A stretch of 64,000 bases of DNA from an uncultured Gammaproteobacteria bacterium (GCA_964459725.1 CAYWNT010000001.1:91529-155528), one strand, 5' to 3'; shown: positions 46,194 to 55,905, counted from the stretch's first letter. Notes: generated from the letters alone by a model not told the origin. Numbers and translations are program-made.

Positions 46194-47624
46194 GTGTATT
46201 TAAGTCTCTTTCGATGTATGAAGTTAAAAATGGAACAAAACTTAGCACAGCCACTTAAGGAGTTAGAGGAAAAAGAGCAGGCTCCAAGTGAAGAAAAAAT
46301 CCATAATGGATTGAGTTTTTTGGACCGCAAGAGAAGGATCCACAAGGAAAGAGCAGCTCATGATATATTGTCTGAAATTTCTGAGAAGGATCTCATTACC
46401 AAGCATGATGCTGACAGGATTACAGAAACTATAAACGGTTATGATGGGCGGGTAGATGATGATGTGCTCCGAGAATTTGCTCTTGATTTGGTAGATACAG
46501 CCATGCTTAATTCAGCCAATGAGAAGTTGAATATTCCGGATTATTCTTTTATGCGTTCTGAGCTTTTCAAGTCTTTTGATAGGGTGAAAACAGAGGAGGA
46601 CCTCAAGAAAACTGCAGTTATATTTTTTGATCTTGATGGACTAAAATCTGTTAATGACAATGCTATTGGAAAATATGAGGGCCACCGGGCAGGAGACGAG
46701 TATCTAAGGAGGGCCGCAGAGGTTTTTACGCTTGGAAGAACTGCGAAATGGCTAAGTAAGATTGGGGTCAACTATGTCCCATCTCACAGATCAGGAGATG
46801 AGTTCTTGGTGTCAGTCATTGCCGAGTTCCCGATTACAGAAAAAATGAAATTCAAAGGAGTTGATGGAGAGGATGTTGATGATGTTTTTGCAGATTATGT
46901 CACTAGAAAGATTGAGGAGGATGTTGAGAACATGGAGGTGTCTGATATTATTGATTTTCAAAATGCTGATCAGAGAGCAAAATTTCATGGAGAGATAGGA
47001 AAGCTATCATCAGATCTCCACTTGGCAAACGATAAGGAGATGTCAGAAAAATTGATAGATGATGAACTCAAGAATATTAAATACAAAGCAGGAATAAGCG
47101 GAGGCTGGGCAAGCTTTGAAGATTCTTTTGTGAGTAGTGGCAAGGACGAAACCATAGATCCGAACGAGTTAGAATATGAGGATTACTTGAGGGCGATGTA
47201 TGGTAGAGTAATACATGTTTCAGATCTTAAAATGAAGGAGAGAAAAGAGGAGAGACAGAAACAGAGAAAGTCCGGAAGCAAAGAGGACAGAATACAGGAG
47301 GCCATCTTTAGAGCGGGCAGAAGTGGTAACGAAGAAGCAGTAAAGAGAGATGTAGAGGAAAAGCTCAGAGAACAGATGAAGCACTATGCGGAAAGCATAG
47401 CAGTAATGGATAAAAAAATAGCTGCCTACAATGAGAAAATCAGTGAACTGATTCGAGAGCTGACAGAGCTTGCCAAGATGGGCGCAGGCGGTGTTATTTT
47501 TTCAGAGGATGAAAAAGAGCGCCTAAGAGAGATCGAAGAGGAGATATCCAAGAATGAACAATTCAGGAATGGTTTAGAAGAAAATAAAAGTATATTATTA
47601 AAAATATTTTATGACAAACAGTAA
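46194..47624 (+). CDS. Degenerate GGDEF-fold protein (SGDEF motif) with a long C-terminal coiled-coil/charged tail
   Basis: AVIFFDLDGLKSVNDNAIGKYEGHRAGDEYL and SHRSGDEFLVSV. The C-terminus is K/E-rich. The track start is GTG 46194, the in-frame ATG at 46218 is equally plausible, and no clear RBS supports either. Confidence 0.65.
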   Translation: MYLSLFRCMKLKMEQNLAQPLKELEEKEQAPSEEKIHNGLSFLDRKRRIHKERAAHDILSEISEKDLITKHDADRITETINGYDGRVDDDVLREFALDLVDTAMLNSANEKLNIPDYSFMRSELFKSFDRVKTEEDLKKTAVIFFDLDGLKSVNDNAIGKYEGHRAGDEYLRRAAEVFTLGRTAKWLSKIGVNYVPSHRSGDEFLVSVIAEFPITEKMKFKGVDGEDVDDVFADYVTRKIEEDVENMEVSDIIDFQNADQRAKFHGEIGKLSSDLHLANDKEMSEKLIDDELKNIKYKAGISGGWASFEDSFVSSGKDETIDPNELEYEDYLRAMYGRVIHVSDLKMKERKEERQKQRKSGSKEDRIQEAIFRAGRSGNEEAVKRDVEEKLREQMKHYAESIAVMDKKIAAYNEKISELIRELTELAKMGAGGVIFSEDEKERLREIEEEISKNEQFRNGLEENKSILLKIFYDKQ

Positions 47625-48543
47625 TAATGCGGCAAAATTTGCCTTTTATTATCTACTCTCTTTAGTGGCGCTAGTTTTCATGTCGCTGTCTACGGGGATG
47701 ATAATTTTTCAAATCATTAATAAGTTTATCGTAGATGTGATAAACGAGTATAGCGGACGTTATTCAGACGAAGCTATGAAGTTTGCAATTTCCTCGATTT
47801 TTATTGCTGCTCCTATTTATTATTTTGTTTCTAGAGCTATCATGCAGAATATTTTTTCAGGTAAACTGGATAGAGAATCTCAGATTCGTAAATGGCTCAG
47901 CTATCTCATCCTGCTTATTTCTTCGGTTGTGATGATTGGGTGGTTGATTGGAACTCTGAATAGCTTCTTGGACGGAGAACTGACTTTGAAGTTCTTCCTC
48001 AAGGCACTGACAGCTGTAGGAATTTCTGCAACTATCTTTTCTTATTATTATCTTGAGATCAAGAGGCGAGAAGTTGTAGGAGTGAAGAGTAAGATGGTAC
48101 AGAGTTATTTCTGGGGATCGCTAGCAGTGGTGGTGATTGTTTTTGTTTCCGCGTTATTTATTGTTGAGTCTCCTAGGGAGGCCAGAGACAGAAAGATTGA
48201 TGAGAGAATATTGTCAACATTTAATTATATCGACAATGAGTTAAATAGATATTATAACGAGAAAGAAACTTTGCCGGAAAATTTGAAAGTTCTTAAGGAG
48301 GAATATCCTTATATCGAGGATGATGATTTTGAAAATCCAATTACCAAGGAACAAGTAGAGTACAGGGCAGTAGATGGGGCAAAATATGAACTATGTGCAA
48401 ATTTTCGGACTTCCAATAGGAATATTGAGAGCGATGATCGCATGTACGAAGATAAATGGCCTCATGACAAGGGAGATCAGTGTTTGAAGCAAAAAGTGTA
48501 CACAGATAATCATGACGATGTTTTGCCTCTGAGGCTAAAATAA
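47611..48543 (+). CDS. DUF5671-like multi-pass membrane protein
   Basis: AAKFAFYYLLSLVALVFMSLSTGMIIFQIINKF resembles the N-terminus of DUF5671 proteins (recalled). The start overlaps the upstream stop by 14 nt. Confidence 0.5.
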   Translation: MTNSNNAAKFAFYYLLSLVALVFMSLSTGMIIFQIINKFIVDVINEYSGRYSDEAMKFAISSIFIAAPIYYFVSRAIMQNIFSGKLDRESQIRKWLSYLILLISSVVMIGWLIGTLNSFLDGELTLKFFLKALTAVGISATIFSYYYLEIKRREVVGVKSKMVQSYFWGSLAVVVIVFVSALFIVESPREARDRKIDERILSTFNYIDNELNRYYNEKETLPENLKVLKEEYPYIEDDDFENPITKEQVEYRAVDGAKYELCANFRTSNRNIESDDRMYEDKWPHDKGDQCLKQKVYTDNHDDVLPLRLK

Positions 48544-48576
48544 GGTATAATATAGTAATAGTAAGGATAAAAGTAT

Positions 48577-49203
48577 ATGCCACAAAAAAAAGTAAAAAAA
48601 ACTAAGAAGAAGGCGCTTAAGCCACTAAAGAGAGTAAAGGTGCCAGCCAAGTTGGTGAAGTATCTTGATGCTGCCGGAGTGAAACATGATATTTTAGAGC
48701 ATAGGACGGTCTACACGGCAATTGATGCAGCCGCTACCCTGAAAAAGAAAATTAATGAGATAGCTAAATCGTTGTTGGTTAAGGCGGACAAGGATTATTT
48801 TTTGGTTCTGCTTCCAGGAGACCACAATCTTGATTTTGATAAGCTGAAAAAAATCATCGGTAAAACTCGCGGAAAAGATGTGAAGGTGATCAAGATCCCG
48901 GGGGAGAAAATCGTTGAGAAAATAATCAAGGCGAAGGCTATGAGCCTAACCGCTTTTGGAAAGCTGCACAAGGTGGAGGTAGTGCTTGAGAAAAAACTGG
49001 AAAAGGTAAAAAAGGCAGTACTAGCATCAGGCAGCCCGAATTATTCTATAGAAATGTCGATAAAGGATTTCATCAGATTAGAAGAAGCTGTTTTGGGAGT
49101 TTTCGGTAAAAAGAAAAAGATAAAAAAAGTAAAAACAATGAAACCGGCTCGGAAAGCGAAGAGCCCGGCTAAGAGTAAGAAAAAACAAGTACGGAAAAAA
49201 TAA
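48577..49203 (+). CDS. YbaK/ProX-type aminoacyl-tRNA editing-domain protein with Lys-rich tails
   Basis: LVKYLDAAGVKHDILEHRTVYTAIDAA...SLLVKADKDYFLVLLPGDHNLDFDKLKKI resembles the tRNA_edit (YbaK) domain. Both termini are K-rich. Confidence 0.5.
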   Translation: MPQKKVKKTKKKALKPLKRVKVPAKLVKYLDAAGVKHDILEHRTVYTAIDAAATLKKKINEIAKSLLVKADKDYFLVLLPGDHNLDFDKLKKIIGKTRGKDVKVIKIPGEKIVEKIIKAKAMSLTAFGKLHKVEVVLEKKLEKVKKAVLASGSPNYSIEMSIKDFIRLEEAVLGVFGKKKKIKKVKTMKPARKAKSPAKSKKKQVRKK

Positions 49204-49205
49204 TC

Positions 49206-49913
49206 ATGAATATAAAGTTTGAAAAATTCGAAGGTCCCCTAAGCCTCCTCTTGAAGATGATTGAAATGGAAGAGTTAGATATCACAGAGGTGAGTCTGGC
49301 TCAAATTGCTGATCAGTATGTGGATTTCATAAGAAATGATGAGAATATTGATCCTGATCATATGACTGATTTTCTGATAGTCGCAGCCAGACTTCTGTAT
49401 CTGAAGTCTAGGGCACTTTTACCTTATCTTGTTTTGGATGACGAAGAAGAGGAGAATATTGAAGAGCTAGAAAAGCAACTCAAGATGTATAAGGAATTTT
49501 TGCTTGCTAGTGAAAAAATCGAGGAGATACTCAAGAAAGAGAATATCATGTTTGCTCGAGAGTTCAATCGTAAGGTTGCCCTCTTTGCTAGCAAATTTTC
49601 TCCACCGAAAAATTTGAGCTCCAAGGACATGGCCAATGTTTTTGAGGAACTTCTAGTCAGAATAAAACCGGCTGAGAAAATGAAAGAGGAGATAATTGAG
49701 AGAAAGGTAAGTATGGAAGAAAAAATATTGCACATACAAAAGGTAATTTTAAATAAAATCAAGACGAGTTTTGATAAAATAGTTTCAAGTAATGCCTCAA
49801 AATCAGAAATAGTAGTGAGTTTCTTAGCCGCACTAGAATTGATGCGTCAAAAGGAGATAGTGCTTTCGCAAGAAGGATTGTTTGGTGAGATAAAAATTCA
49901 AAAAGCAGAATAG
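49206..49913 (+). CDS. scpA: Segregation and condensation protein A
   Basis: FEGPLSLLLKMIEMEELDITEVSLAQIADQYVDFI is the typical ScpA N-terminus. scpB lies immediately downstream. Confidence 0.85.
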   Translation: MNIKFEKFEGPLSLLLKMIEMEELDITEVSLAQIADQYVDFIRNDENIDPDHMTDFLIVAARLLYLKSRALLPYLVLDDEEEENIEELEKQLKMYKEFLLASEKIEEILKKENIMFAREFNRKVALFASKFSPPKNLSSKDMANVFEELLVRIKPAEKMKEEIIERKVSMEEKILHIQKVILNKIKTSFDKIVSSNASKSEIVVSFLAALELMRQKEIVLSQEGLFGEIKIQKAE

Positions 49914-49915
49914 TT

Positions 49916-50461
49916 ATGAATACAAAATCAAAAATAGAATCATTGTTATTTATTTCGGCTAAGCCAATGTCTGTAAAGCAGCTAGTCGACATAATTGGAG
50001 GAGACAAGAAAGATATTGTCGTAGCAGGAGAAGAGCTTATCTCAGAATATTCAGAAACCAATAAAGGGATTCAAATAATAAAGAACGGAAGCAAGTACCA
50101 GATGGTGAGCTCACCTGATAATACAGAGCTGGTGAAGAAATTTTTGAAAGACGAGACAACCGGAGAGTTATCCCGTCCGAGTCTGGAAACCCTGACCATT
50201 ATCGCCTATAAGGGGCCTATTAGTAAGGCCGACTTGAACCGAATCAGAGGCGTGAATTGCTCTATGATTCTTAGGAATTTGCTACTTAGAGGATTGGTCG
50301 AGACTGATAACGACTCTGAAACCGGTGAAGAACAGTATGTTATAACTATCGATTTTTTGAAATATCTTGGAATTAATGACGTCAGTCAATTACCTGACTT
50401 TGAGAGGCTTAGCAAGAGTGAGAGCATAGACAAGGTTTTAAATGAAGATAGTAGTGAATAG
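49916..50461 (+). CDS. scpB: Segregation and condensation protein B
   Basis: IESLLFISAKPMSVKQLVDI...LSRPSLETLTIIAYKGPISKADLNRIRGV is the ScpB winged-helix pattern. Confidence 0.85.
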   Translation: MNTKSKIESLLFISAKPMSVKQLVDIIGGDKKDIVVAGEELISEYSETNKGIQIIKNGSKYQMVSSPDNTELVKKFLKDETTGELSRPSLETLTIIAYKGPISKADLNRIRGVNCSMILRNLLLRGLVETDNDSETGEEQYVITIDFLKYLGINDVSQLPDFERLSKSESIDKVLNEDSSE

Positions 50462-50495
50462 AAAGTTTATAAAAAAATAAATAATACGTATCCCC

Positions 50496-51470
50496 ATGCG
50501 ATTTTTAGCCAAAATTTTTTTTGTTGTGTTTTTTTTGTATGCAGTTTTTTTGCTTGGAGTACCTTCATCCAATCATTATTTTTCAGATAGAGGTTATCCC
50601 GAAGGAAGAGTTTTGGGAGTGGATGAGGAAGAGGATGACTTTGAGCCTGTAGATTTTTTGAATAATTTTCCGGAAAACGATATTAAATCTTTACCACCTA
50701 TAAAAAAGGACGAGGATAATGAGTTTTATCTTGATAATGAAATTGGAGCAGTACTAGACTGCGAAAGTGGGGAAGTGATATATTCTAAATCAGCAGACAA
50801 GCAAGTTCCTGTAGCTAGCATTACCAAGCTGGCAACTGCATTAGTTTTTTTGGAAAATAATCCTGGGCTACAAACATTATACAAGGTAAGAAGTGGAGAC
50901 AGGGTAGAAGGAGGGCAGATATACTTGTATGGCGGAGAAGAGGTTCACCTGGAGACGCTTTTGAGACTTAGTTTGATTGCTTCAGCAAATACAGCTACGA
51001 TGGCTCTGGTACACTCAACTGGGATGACCGAAGCGGAATTTGTGGGTGAGATGAATAATCTCGCAAAGGAATTAGGCTTAGAGAAGACAAGCTTTGAAGA
51101 TCCGGTTGGTCTTGGAGCTGATAATCTGTCCACAGCAGAGGAAGTAGCCAGACTGATAAATGTCGCCTTGGAAAGAGAAGAGATTGAGAATGTACTATCA
51201 ATGAGCGAATATATTTTTACAACAAATGGAGGCAGAATAGGTAAGGCCTATAATACAAATAAGATTTTGGGAAAAAGCAGTGATAGATTTACAAACATTG
51301 CCGGTAAGACCGGTTTCACCAACTTGGCTGGATATTGTTTTGCGGGCAAGTTCGAGCTAGACGACGAAAAGAGTATAATATCCGTGATTTTGGGTAGTGA
51401 TAACAAAGGAGCTAGATTTTCAAAAGCAGAAAATATGGCTGAGTGGATATTTAAAAGTTATATCTGGTAA
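50496..51470 (+). CDS. D-alanyl-D-alanine carboxypeptidase (peptidase S11 family)
   Basis: SxxK (ASITK), SxN (SAN) and KTG (GKTGFT) motifs in the expected order, plus an N-terminal TM/signal segment. Confidence 0.8.
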   Translation: MRFLAKIFFVVFFLYAVFLLGVPSSNHYFSDRGYPEGRVLGVDEEEDDFEPVDFLNNFPENDIKSLPPIKKDEDNEFYLDNEIGAVLDCESGEVIYSKSADKQVPVASITKLATALVFLENNPGLQTLYKVRSGDRVEGGQIYLYGGEEVHLETLLRLSLIASANTATMALVHSTGMTEAEFVGEMNNLAKELGLEKTSFEDPVGLGADNLSTAEEVARLINVALEREEIENVLSMSEYIFTTNGGRIGKAYNTNKILGKSSDRFTNIAGKTGFTNLAGYCFAGKFELDDEKSIISVILGSDNKGARFSKAENMAEWIFKSYIW

Positions 51471-51509
51471 ATTATAAAAATTTAATAATATAATTAATCA
51501 ACAATAAAC

Positions 51510-52277
51510 ATGAAAGAAGAAAAAATAATAATTGCAAATTGGAAAATGAAATTGAGCCTGGCTGAGACTTCTGCCTTGGCTAAAAAGATGAAGACAAAGT
51601 TCAAGGCATTAAAAAATGGGAATATTGTAATTTGCCCTAATTTTTTGTCTCTTGTAGAAGTCAGTGAGATAATAAAGGGTAGCAACATCAAGCTTGGATC
51701 TCAGGATACATTCTGGGAAGACAAGGGAGCCTATACAGGCGAGGTATCACCAAGCATGCTTTTGGAAGCGGGATGTGAGTATGTGGTTATCGGTCATTCG
51801 GAAAGAAGAAAATTTTTGATGGTAAACTATGAGATGATTCACAAGGAAGTAAAAGCGGTTTTGAAACATGAGGATCTGACACCGGTGATTTGTATTGGAG
51901 AAAATTGGGATGAAAGAAAAACAGACCGAAGAGACTTTGTGCTTTTTGATCAGTTGCAACAAGCTTTGAGTGGAGTAGATATTGTGGGCAATCAGCAAAT
52001 AATAATCGCTTATGAGCCGATCTGGGCTATTGGATCAGGAACTGCTATTGAGCCGTCAGAAGCTGAATACGCTCACAAGATTATCAGACTGACTTTGAAT
52101 GATATGTTTGGATCAAAAATAGTAAATAATAACTTCAAGATTATTTACGGAGGAAGTATCAATAGCAAGAATGTTAAAGGGTTTACCAATTTAGAGAATC
52201 TGGACGGGATGCTCGTGGGTGGAGCCGGACTTGATGCTGATGAATTCTACAGTGTAGCTAAAGTTGTTTTTAAATAA
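51510..52277 (+). CDS. tpiA: Triose-phosphate isomerase
   Basis: IIANWKM, VIGHSERR and AYEPIWAIGSG motifs. Confidence 0.9.
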   Translation: MKEEKIIIANWKMKLSLAETSALAKKMKTKFKALKNGNIVICPNFLSLVEVSEIIKGSNIKLGSQDTFWEDKGAYTGEVSPSMLLEAGCEYVVIGHSERRKFLMVNYEMIHKEVKAVLKHEDLTPVICIGENWDERKTDRRDFVLFDQLQQALSGVDIVGNQQIIIAYEPIWAIGSGTAIEPSEAEYAHKIIRLTLNDMFGSKIVNNNFKIIYGGSINSKNVKGFTNLENLDGMLVGGAGLDADEFYSVAKVVFK

Positions 52278-52287
52278 ATAATATTTT

Positions 52288-53160
52288 ATGTTAGTACATA
52301 TTAGTAAGTTAATAAAAGATGCAAAAAAGGGAGGTTATGCTGTTGGCGCTTTCAATGTGCATGGGCTTGAGTCTATTTTGGGAGTAGCGCATGCTGCGGT
52401 GAAGGCCAAGTCTCCGGCCATCATTCAGGTGTCAGAAGGAGCTATTAAATATATGGGATTGAAGCCAGTCACGCATTTAGTTTCGACTGTTGCCAAAAAC
52501 ATAGCCGCAGAAGTTCCTATTGCTCTTCACTTAGATCACGGGCGAAGTCTTGATTCAGTCTTGGGGTGTATCAGTGCTGGATTTAGTTCTGTTCATATTG
52601 ATGCTTCTCACCTTCCTTTTGATGAGAATATTGCCCTTACACGACAAGTGGTAGAAATTGCTCACAGAAAGAAAGTCTGGGTTCAGGGAGAGGTTGGCGC
52701 TATTGTTGGCGGTCATGGAAAGATTGGGGGCAAGCTGAAGATTCCATTGGCAGATCCGAAGGATGTTATCGAATTTGCGAAAAAAACAAAGATAGATACC
52801 ATAGCTGCTGCCATTGGAACGGCGCATGGGATCTACAAAAGTCAGGATATTAAATTTAATTTACTCAGAGAGATAAAGCAAAAGACCAAGAAACCATTTG
52901 TTTTGCATGGTGGATCAGGAAATAGCGACGCTAAAATAAAAAGAGCTATCAAGGAGGGGGTAAATATTATAAATATCGGCACCAATATAAAGGTGGCTTT
53001 TTCTAAAACCTTGATTGGTAATTGTAAAAAAAATCCAAAAGAAACCGATCCTAGGAATTTACTGAAGCCTTCGATTGCGGCTGTAGAGAAAGTGGCCATA
53101 AAACATATGAAGTTATTTGGCAGTGCTGGCCGAATAGAATTTAATGACGTAGAAACTTAA
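52288..53160 (+). CDS. fba: Class II fructose-bisphosphate aldolase
   Basis: GGYAVGAFNVHGLE, ALHLDHG and VLHGGSG motifs. Confidence 0.85.
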   Translation: MLVHISKLIKDAKKGGYAVGAFNVHGLESILGVAHAAVKAKSPAIIQVSEGAIKYMGLKPVTHLVSTVAKNIAAEVPIALHLDHGRSLDSVLGCISAGFSSVHIDASHLPFDENIALTRQVVEIAHRKKVWVQGEVGAIVGGHGKIGGKLKIPLADPKDVIEFAKKTKIDTIAAAIGTAHGIYKSQDIKFNLLREIKQKTKKPFVLHGGSGNSDAKIKRAIKEGVNIINIGTNIKVAFSKTLIGNCKKNPKETDPRNLLKPSIAAVEKVAIKHMKLFGSAGRIEFNDVET

Positions 53161-53170
53161 TTTATTATTT

Positions 53171-54034
53171 ATGTACAATATAATACCTTTGATATTAATA
53201 TTAGTTAGTTTGATCGTGATCATCACGATCGTTATGAAGAAGTTTACTATACTTGCGAATTTGGATTTGGATACTATTCAGTCAGAAAGAGAGGCTGAGT
53301 TCAAGGAACGAATTATCGGCAATAGAATAAAGAGGAATTTTTTTAAGTATTATTCTAGAGTAGTAAATATGGTGAAGCCGCTCATTTCAGCTGTGGCCAA
53401 TGTTTCTAAAACAATGCATGACAAGCTTATAAACTTCAAGGAAACTTACAATAAGGAAAAAATTGTTAGAGATGCTCCGAATGAGGAAGTGCATGTTGAT
53501 AAGCTGTTTTTGGAAATTGAAGAGTTGATAGCCAAGAATGAAACCGAGGAGGCAGAAAAGAAGTATATTGATATCATAGGAATTGATAGCAAGAACATCC
53601 AAGCCTTCAAGGGGCTTGGGAAGTTATATTTTGAAAAGAAGAATTACAACGAAGCTAGACAGACCTATAGCCATGTTCTTCGACTTATAGAAAAAGATTT
53701 AGCTAGTGTATATGCTGATGAAAACAGTGATGAGTATAATGAATTGAATAGCCAGCTGGCGAGTATTTATTTTGATTTAGCGGCAGTAGAAAAGGCAGCC
53801 GAAAATACAGACAAAGCTTTCGAGAGTATCAAAAAGGCAATAGACATTGAACCAAACAACCCAAGATATCTTGACACAAAATTAGAGTTAAGTATAATTA
53901 GTAAAAACAAGGAATTGGCTCTCGAGGTATACGAAAAACTAAAAAGCGTAAACCCTGATAATCAGAAATTAGAAGAGTTGAAAGAACAGATTGATAATAT
54001 ATCAGGAGAAAGCGAAATAGTTACTCCAGAATAA
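53171..54034 (+). CDS. Membrane-anchored TPR-repeat protein
   Basis: N-terminal TM segment (IIPLILILVSLIVIITIVM). TPR-like repeats include AFKGLGKLYFEKKNYNEARQTY and AFESIKKAIDIEPNNPRY. Confidence 0.65.
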   Translation: MYNIIPLILILVSLIVIITIVMKKFTILANLDLDTIQSEREAEFKERIIGNRIKRNFFKYYSRVVNMVKPLISAVANVSKTMHDKLINFKETYNKEKIVRDAPNEEVHVDKLFLEIEELIAKNETEEAEKKYIDIIGIDSKNIQAFKGLGKLYFEKKNYNEARQTYSHVLRLIEKDLASVYADENSDEYNELNSQLASIYFDLAAVEKAAENTDKAFESIKKAIDIEPNNPRYLDTKLELSIISKNKELALEVYEKLKSVNPDNQKLEELKEQIDNISGESEIVTPE

Positions 54035-54068
54035 GTAATCAATAAAAAAGCAGAGAATAAATTAAATC

Positions 54069-54091
54069 ATACTGCAAGAGCAGTATTTTTT
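54069..54091 (+). terminator. Rho-independent terminator
   Basis: atactgc pairs with gcagtat, followed by T6. Confidence 0.7.
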
Positions 54092-54106
54092 AATAAAGCC
54101 GTTGTA

Positions 54107-54320
54107 GACCGACATAAAAGTCGGGACTCCGACCGAAGCGTCGGAGCTCAACCCGAAGGATCCCCCTTGGGGGCGGTACCCACCCGAAAGTCCCGTTCGG
54201 TATGGGCGGGGAGCATCCCGAGTACTCGGGAGAAGGTGTCGTAATTTGTTGAATAAAATTAAAGTATCTAGCTTGCATTTCGAAGTTTCCTGTCTGTCGA
54301 CAGGCAGATAGCGTAGTAGT
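54107..54320 (+). other. GC-rich, hairpin-dense non-coding segment of unknown class
   Basis: Visibly GC-rich against AT-rich flanks. Hairpins include ccgac-ataaaa-gtcgg (54109-24), ctccgac-cgaagc-gtcggag (54127-46), cccc-cttg-gggg (54162-73), ccgaa-agtcccg-ttcgg (54184-200), tcccgag..ctcggga (54216-31) and ctgtctg-tcga-caggcag (54290-307). gaaagtcccg recurs at 54186 and 54507. Confidence 0.5.
54289..54307. repeat. Member of a short GC-rich palindrome family (CCTGYCTGYCGRCAGRCAGG-like)
   Basis: cctgtctgtcgacaggcag. Related copies are cctgtctgccg...caggcag (54469-54507, in the T-loop of the tRNA-Thr-like gene) and cctgcctgccggcagacagg (56336-56355, in the tRNA-Tyr fragment). Confidence 0.55.
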
Positions 54321-54392
<72 letters not shown>

Positions 54393-54535
54393 CAAAGGGT
54401 GTAACAATAGAGCACTTCCATGCGTGCCCCGTGTTTATCTACGGGGGTAAGGAAGGGGTCTCGGGTTCCCTGTCTGCCGATTTATGTGCCTGTAGGCGTA
54501 CAGGCAGAAAGTCCCGACAACGGCTCAATAAAAAT

Positions 54536-54558
54536 CATGGCTTTCGCCATGTTTTTTT
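54536..54558 (+). terminator. Rho-independent terminator after the tRNA-Thr locus
   Basis: catggc pairs with gccatg across the loop tttc, followed by T7. Confidence 0.75.
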
Positions 54559-54676
54559 ATTTAGAAAAAACAATATTTAATCATTTTCTTACTTGATTTT
54601 TATGTAGTAAAATGATAAATTTAGGACAAGATGAAATGTTTTTAGTTTAAGATTTTTATAGAATTGAAATAAAAAT

Positions 54677-54799
54677 ATGAAAAAGCATCATAAAGTTGGA
54701 AATAGACCAAGTAGGCCTGGCTATAGAACACCTTCTGATTTTAAGGCCAGAAAAACACACGAAGTTTCAAAGAGTAAAACAATTTCAAAAAATAAATAA
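54677..54799 (+). CDS. Possible 40-aa highly basic protein (MKKHHKVGNRPSRPGYRTPSDFKARKTHEVSKSKTISKNK)
   Basis: Hand-translated ORF. It has no clear RBS and lies directly upstream of the GNAT gene. Confidence 0.25.
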   Translation: MKKHHKVGNRPSRPGYRTPSDFKARKTHEVSKSKTISKNK

Positions 54800-54828
54800 T
54801 AGGATTAGGCAAAGAGGGAGGGGTGAGA

Positions 54829-55392
54829 ATGGATGAAGACACAGTGTTCTTGAGTGGAGAAAGTGTTGATCTTTGTGTTCCGGATAAGGAGCTACACGCA
54901 GATTGTTGCCTTAAGTGGATCAACGATCCAGAAGTGAGCTCAATGCTTCTTATTGGAGTATTTCCAATTTCTGGAATGGTGGAGAAGGAATGGCTAAAAG
55001 TCATTTTGGAAGATAAAGATGACATTATGTTGATTGTTGTGACCAGGGAGGGTAAGCCAATCGGCACAGTCGGTCTTTACGAAATTGATTTTACAAACAG
55101 AATGGCAAAAATTAACGTATTGATCGGAGAAAAAGATGAGTGGGGCAGGGGCTATGGTAGTGAAGCAGAGAGATTATTAATTGAGTTTGCTTTTAGCTCC
55201 TTAAAATTGTTGAGAATAACTAGGTTGTATTGTGAGCAAAATATAGCCAGTAAGAGAGTGGGAGAAAAAAATGGTTTCACAGAAGAGGGTTTGTTACGAG
55301 GTCAATTCTGTGTAGCAGGAGAGTATGTAAATATCATGCGATCTTCAATATTCAAAAATGAATTTGAAGTCCAAAAAAGCTATTGCGGATAA
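54829..55392 (+). CDS. GNAT family N-acetyltransferase (RimJ/RimL-like)
   Basis: IGEKDEWGRGYGSEAERLLIEFAF and GEKNGFTEEGLLR. I prefer ATG 54829 (RBS AGAGGGAGGGG) over the track's GTG 54823. Confidence 0.75.
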   Translation: MDEDTVFLSGESVDLCVPDKELHADCCLKWINDPEVSSMLLIGVFPISGMVEKEWLKVILEDKDDIMLIVVTREGKPIGTVGLYEIDFTNRMAKINVLIGEKDEWGRGYGSEAERLLIEFAFSSLKLLRITRLYCEQNIASKRVGEKNGFTEEGLLRGQFCVAGEYVNIMRSSIFKNEFEVQKSYCG

Positions 55393-55408
55393 TGCGGTAG
55401 CTTTTTTT
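55379..55408 (+). terminator. Terminator overlapping the GNAT stop codon; a second hairpin plus T-run lies at 55465-55487
   Basis: gctattgc pairs with gcggtagc (two G-U pairs), followed by T7. Further on, aaatcc pairs with ggattt, followed by T7. Confidence 0.6.
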
Positions 55409-55498
55409 CTTTGTTTCTTAAAGTCTTGATTATTTTTTATGATTGTGTTATTCTCAATAATAAGAAATCCTTTGAGGGGATTTTTTTATGATTCTAAT

Positions 55499-55596
55499 GG
55501 GTCGATACTCAAGCGGTCAATCACCGCTTATAGCGGGACAAGCGAGGGCAGACTGCCACCGCCTTCGGCGGGGTGTCGTCTGGGCGACATAAATCT
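55499..55596 (+). pseudogene. tRNA-Tyr-like 5' two-thirds carrying two hairpin insertions
   Basis: gggtcgatactcaagcggtcaa[22-nt insert, 55521-42]cgagggcagactg[34-nt insert, 55556-89]taaatct. Outside the inserts it is identical to the intact tRNA-Tyr at 55906. It diverges after position ~41. Confidence 0.6.
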
Positions 55597-55606
55597 ACGT
55601 TATATT

Positions 55607-55852
55607 ATGTATAAGGCTTATATTTTATATAGTGAACAATTTGATCGATATTATATTGGCCATACAGATAATTTGGAAAATAGATTGAATAGGCACAATA
55701 AAGGATATGTAAAATCAACGAAGCCTTATAGGCCGTGGAAGGTGGTGCACACAGAAGAGTTTGAAACAAAACAGGAAGCATACAAAAGAGAGTTTCAAAT
55801 TAAATCATATAAAAAAGGAGCGGCATTTAAAAAATTAGTAACACAAATATAA
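55607..55852 (+). CDS. Small GIY-YIG nuclease family protein (81 aa)
   Basis: MYKAYILYSEQFDRYYIGHTDNLENRLNRHNKG...EAYKREFQIKSYKK carries the GIY / YIG / R / E pattern. The track ORF (55439-) extends upstream only by reading through the tRNA-like segment. Confidence 0.8.
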   Translation: MYKAYILYSEQFDRYYIGHTDNLENRLNRHNKGYVKSTKPYRPWKVVHTEEFETKQEAYKREFQIKSYKKGAAFKKLVTQI

Positions 55853-55905
55853 TATAAATTTTAAATAGTTAGTGACGATTCGCTAACTGTTGAGAGTTTA
55901 TAGCT

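Noticed and set aside
55439-55606. N-terminal 56 codons of track ORF 55439-55852
   Set aside because: This part merely reads through the tRNA-Tyr-like segment and its hairpin inserts. The GIY-YIG domain begins at the ATG at 55607.
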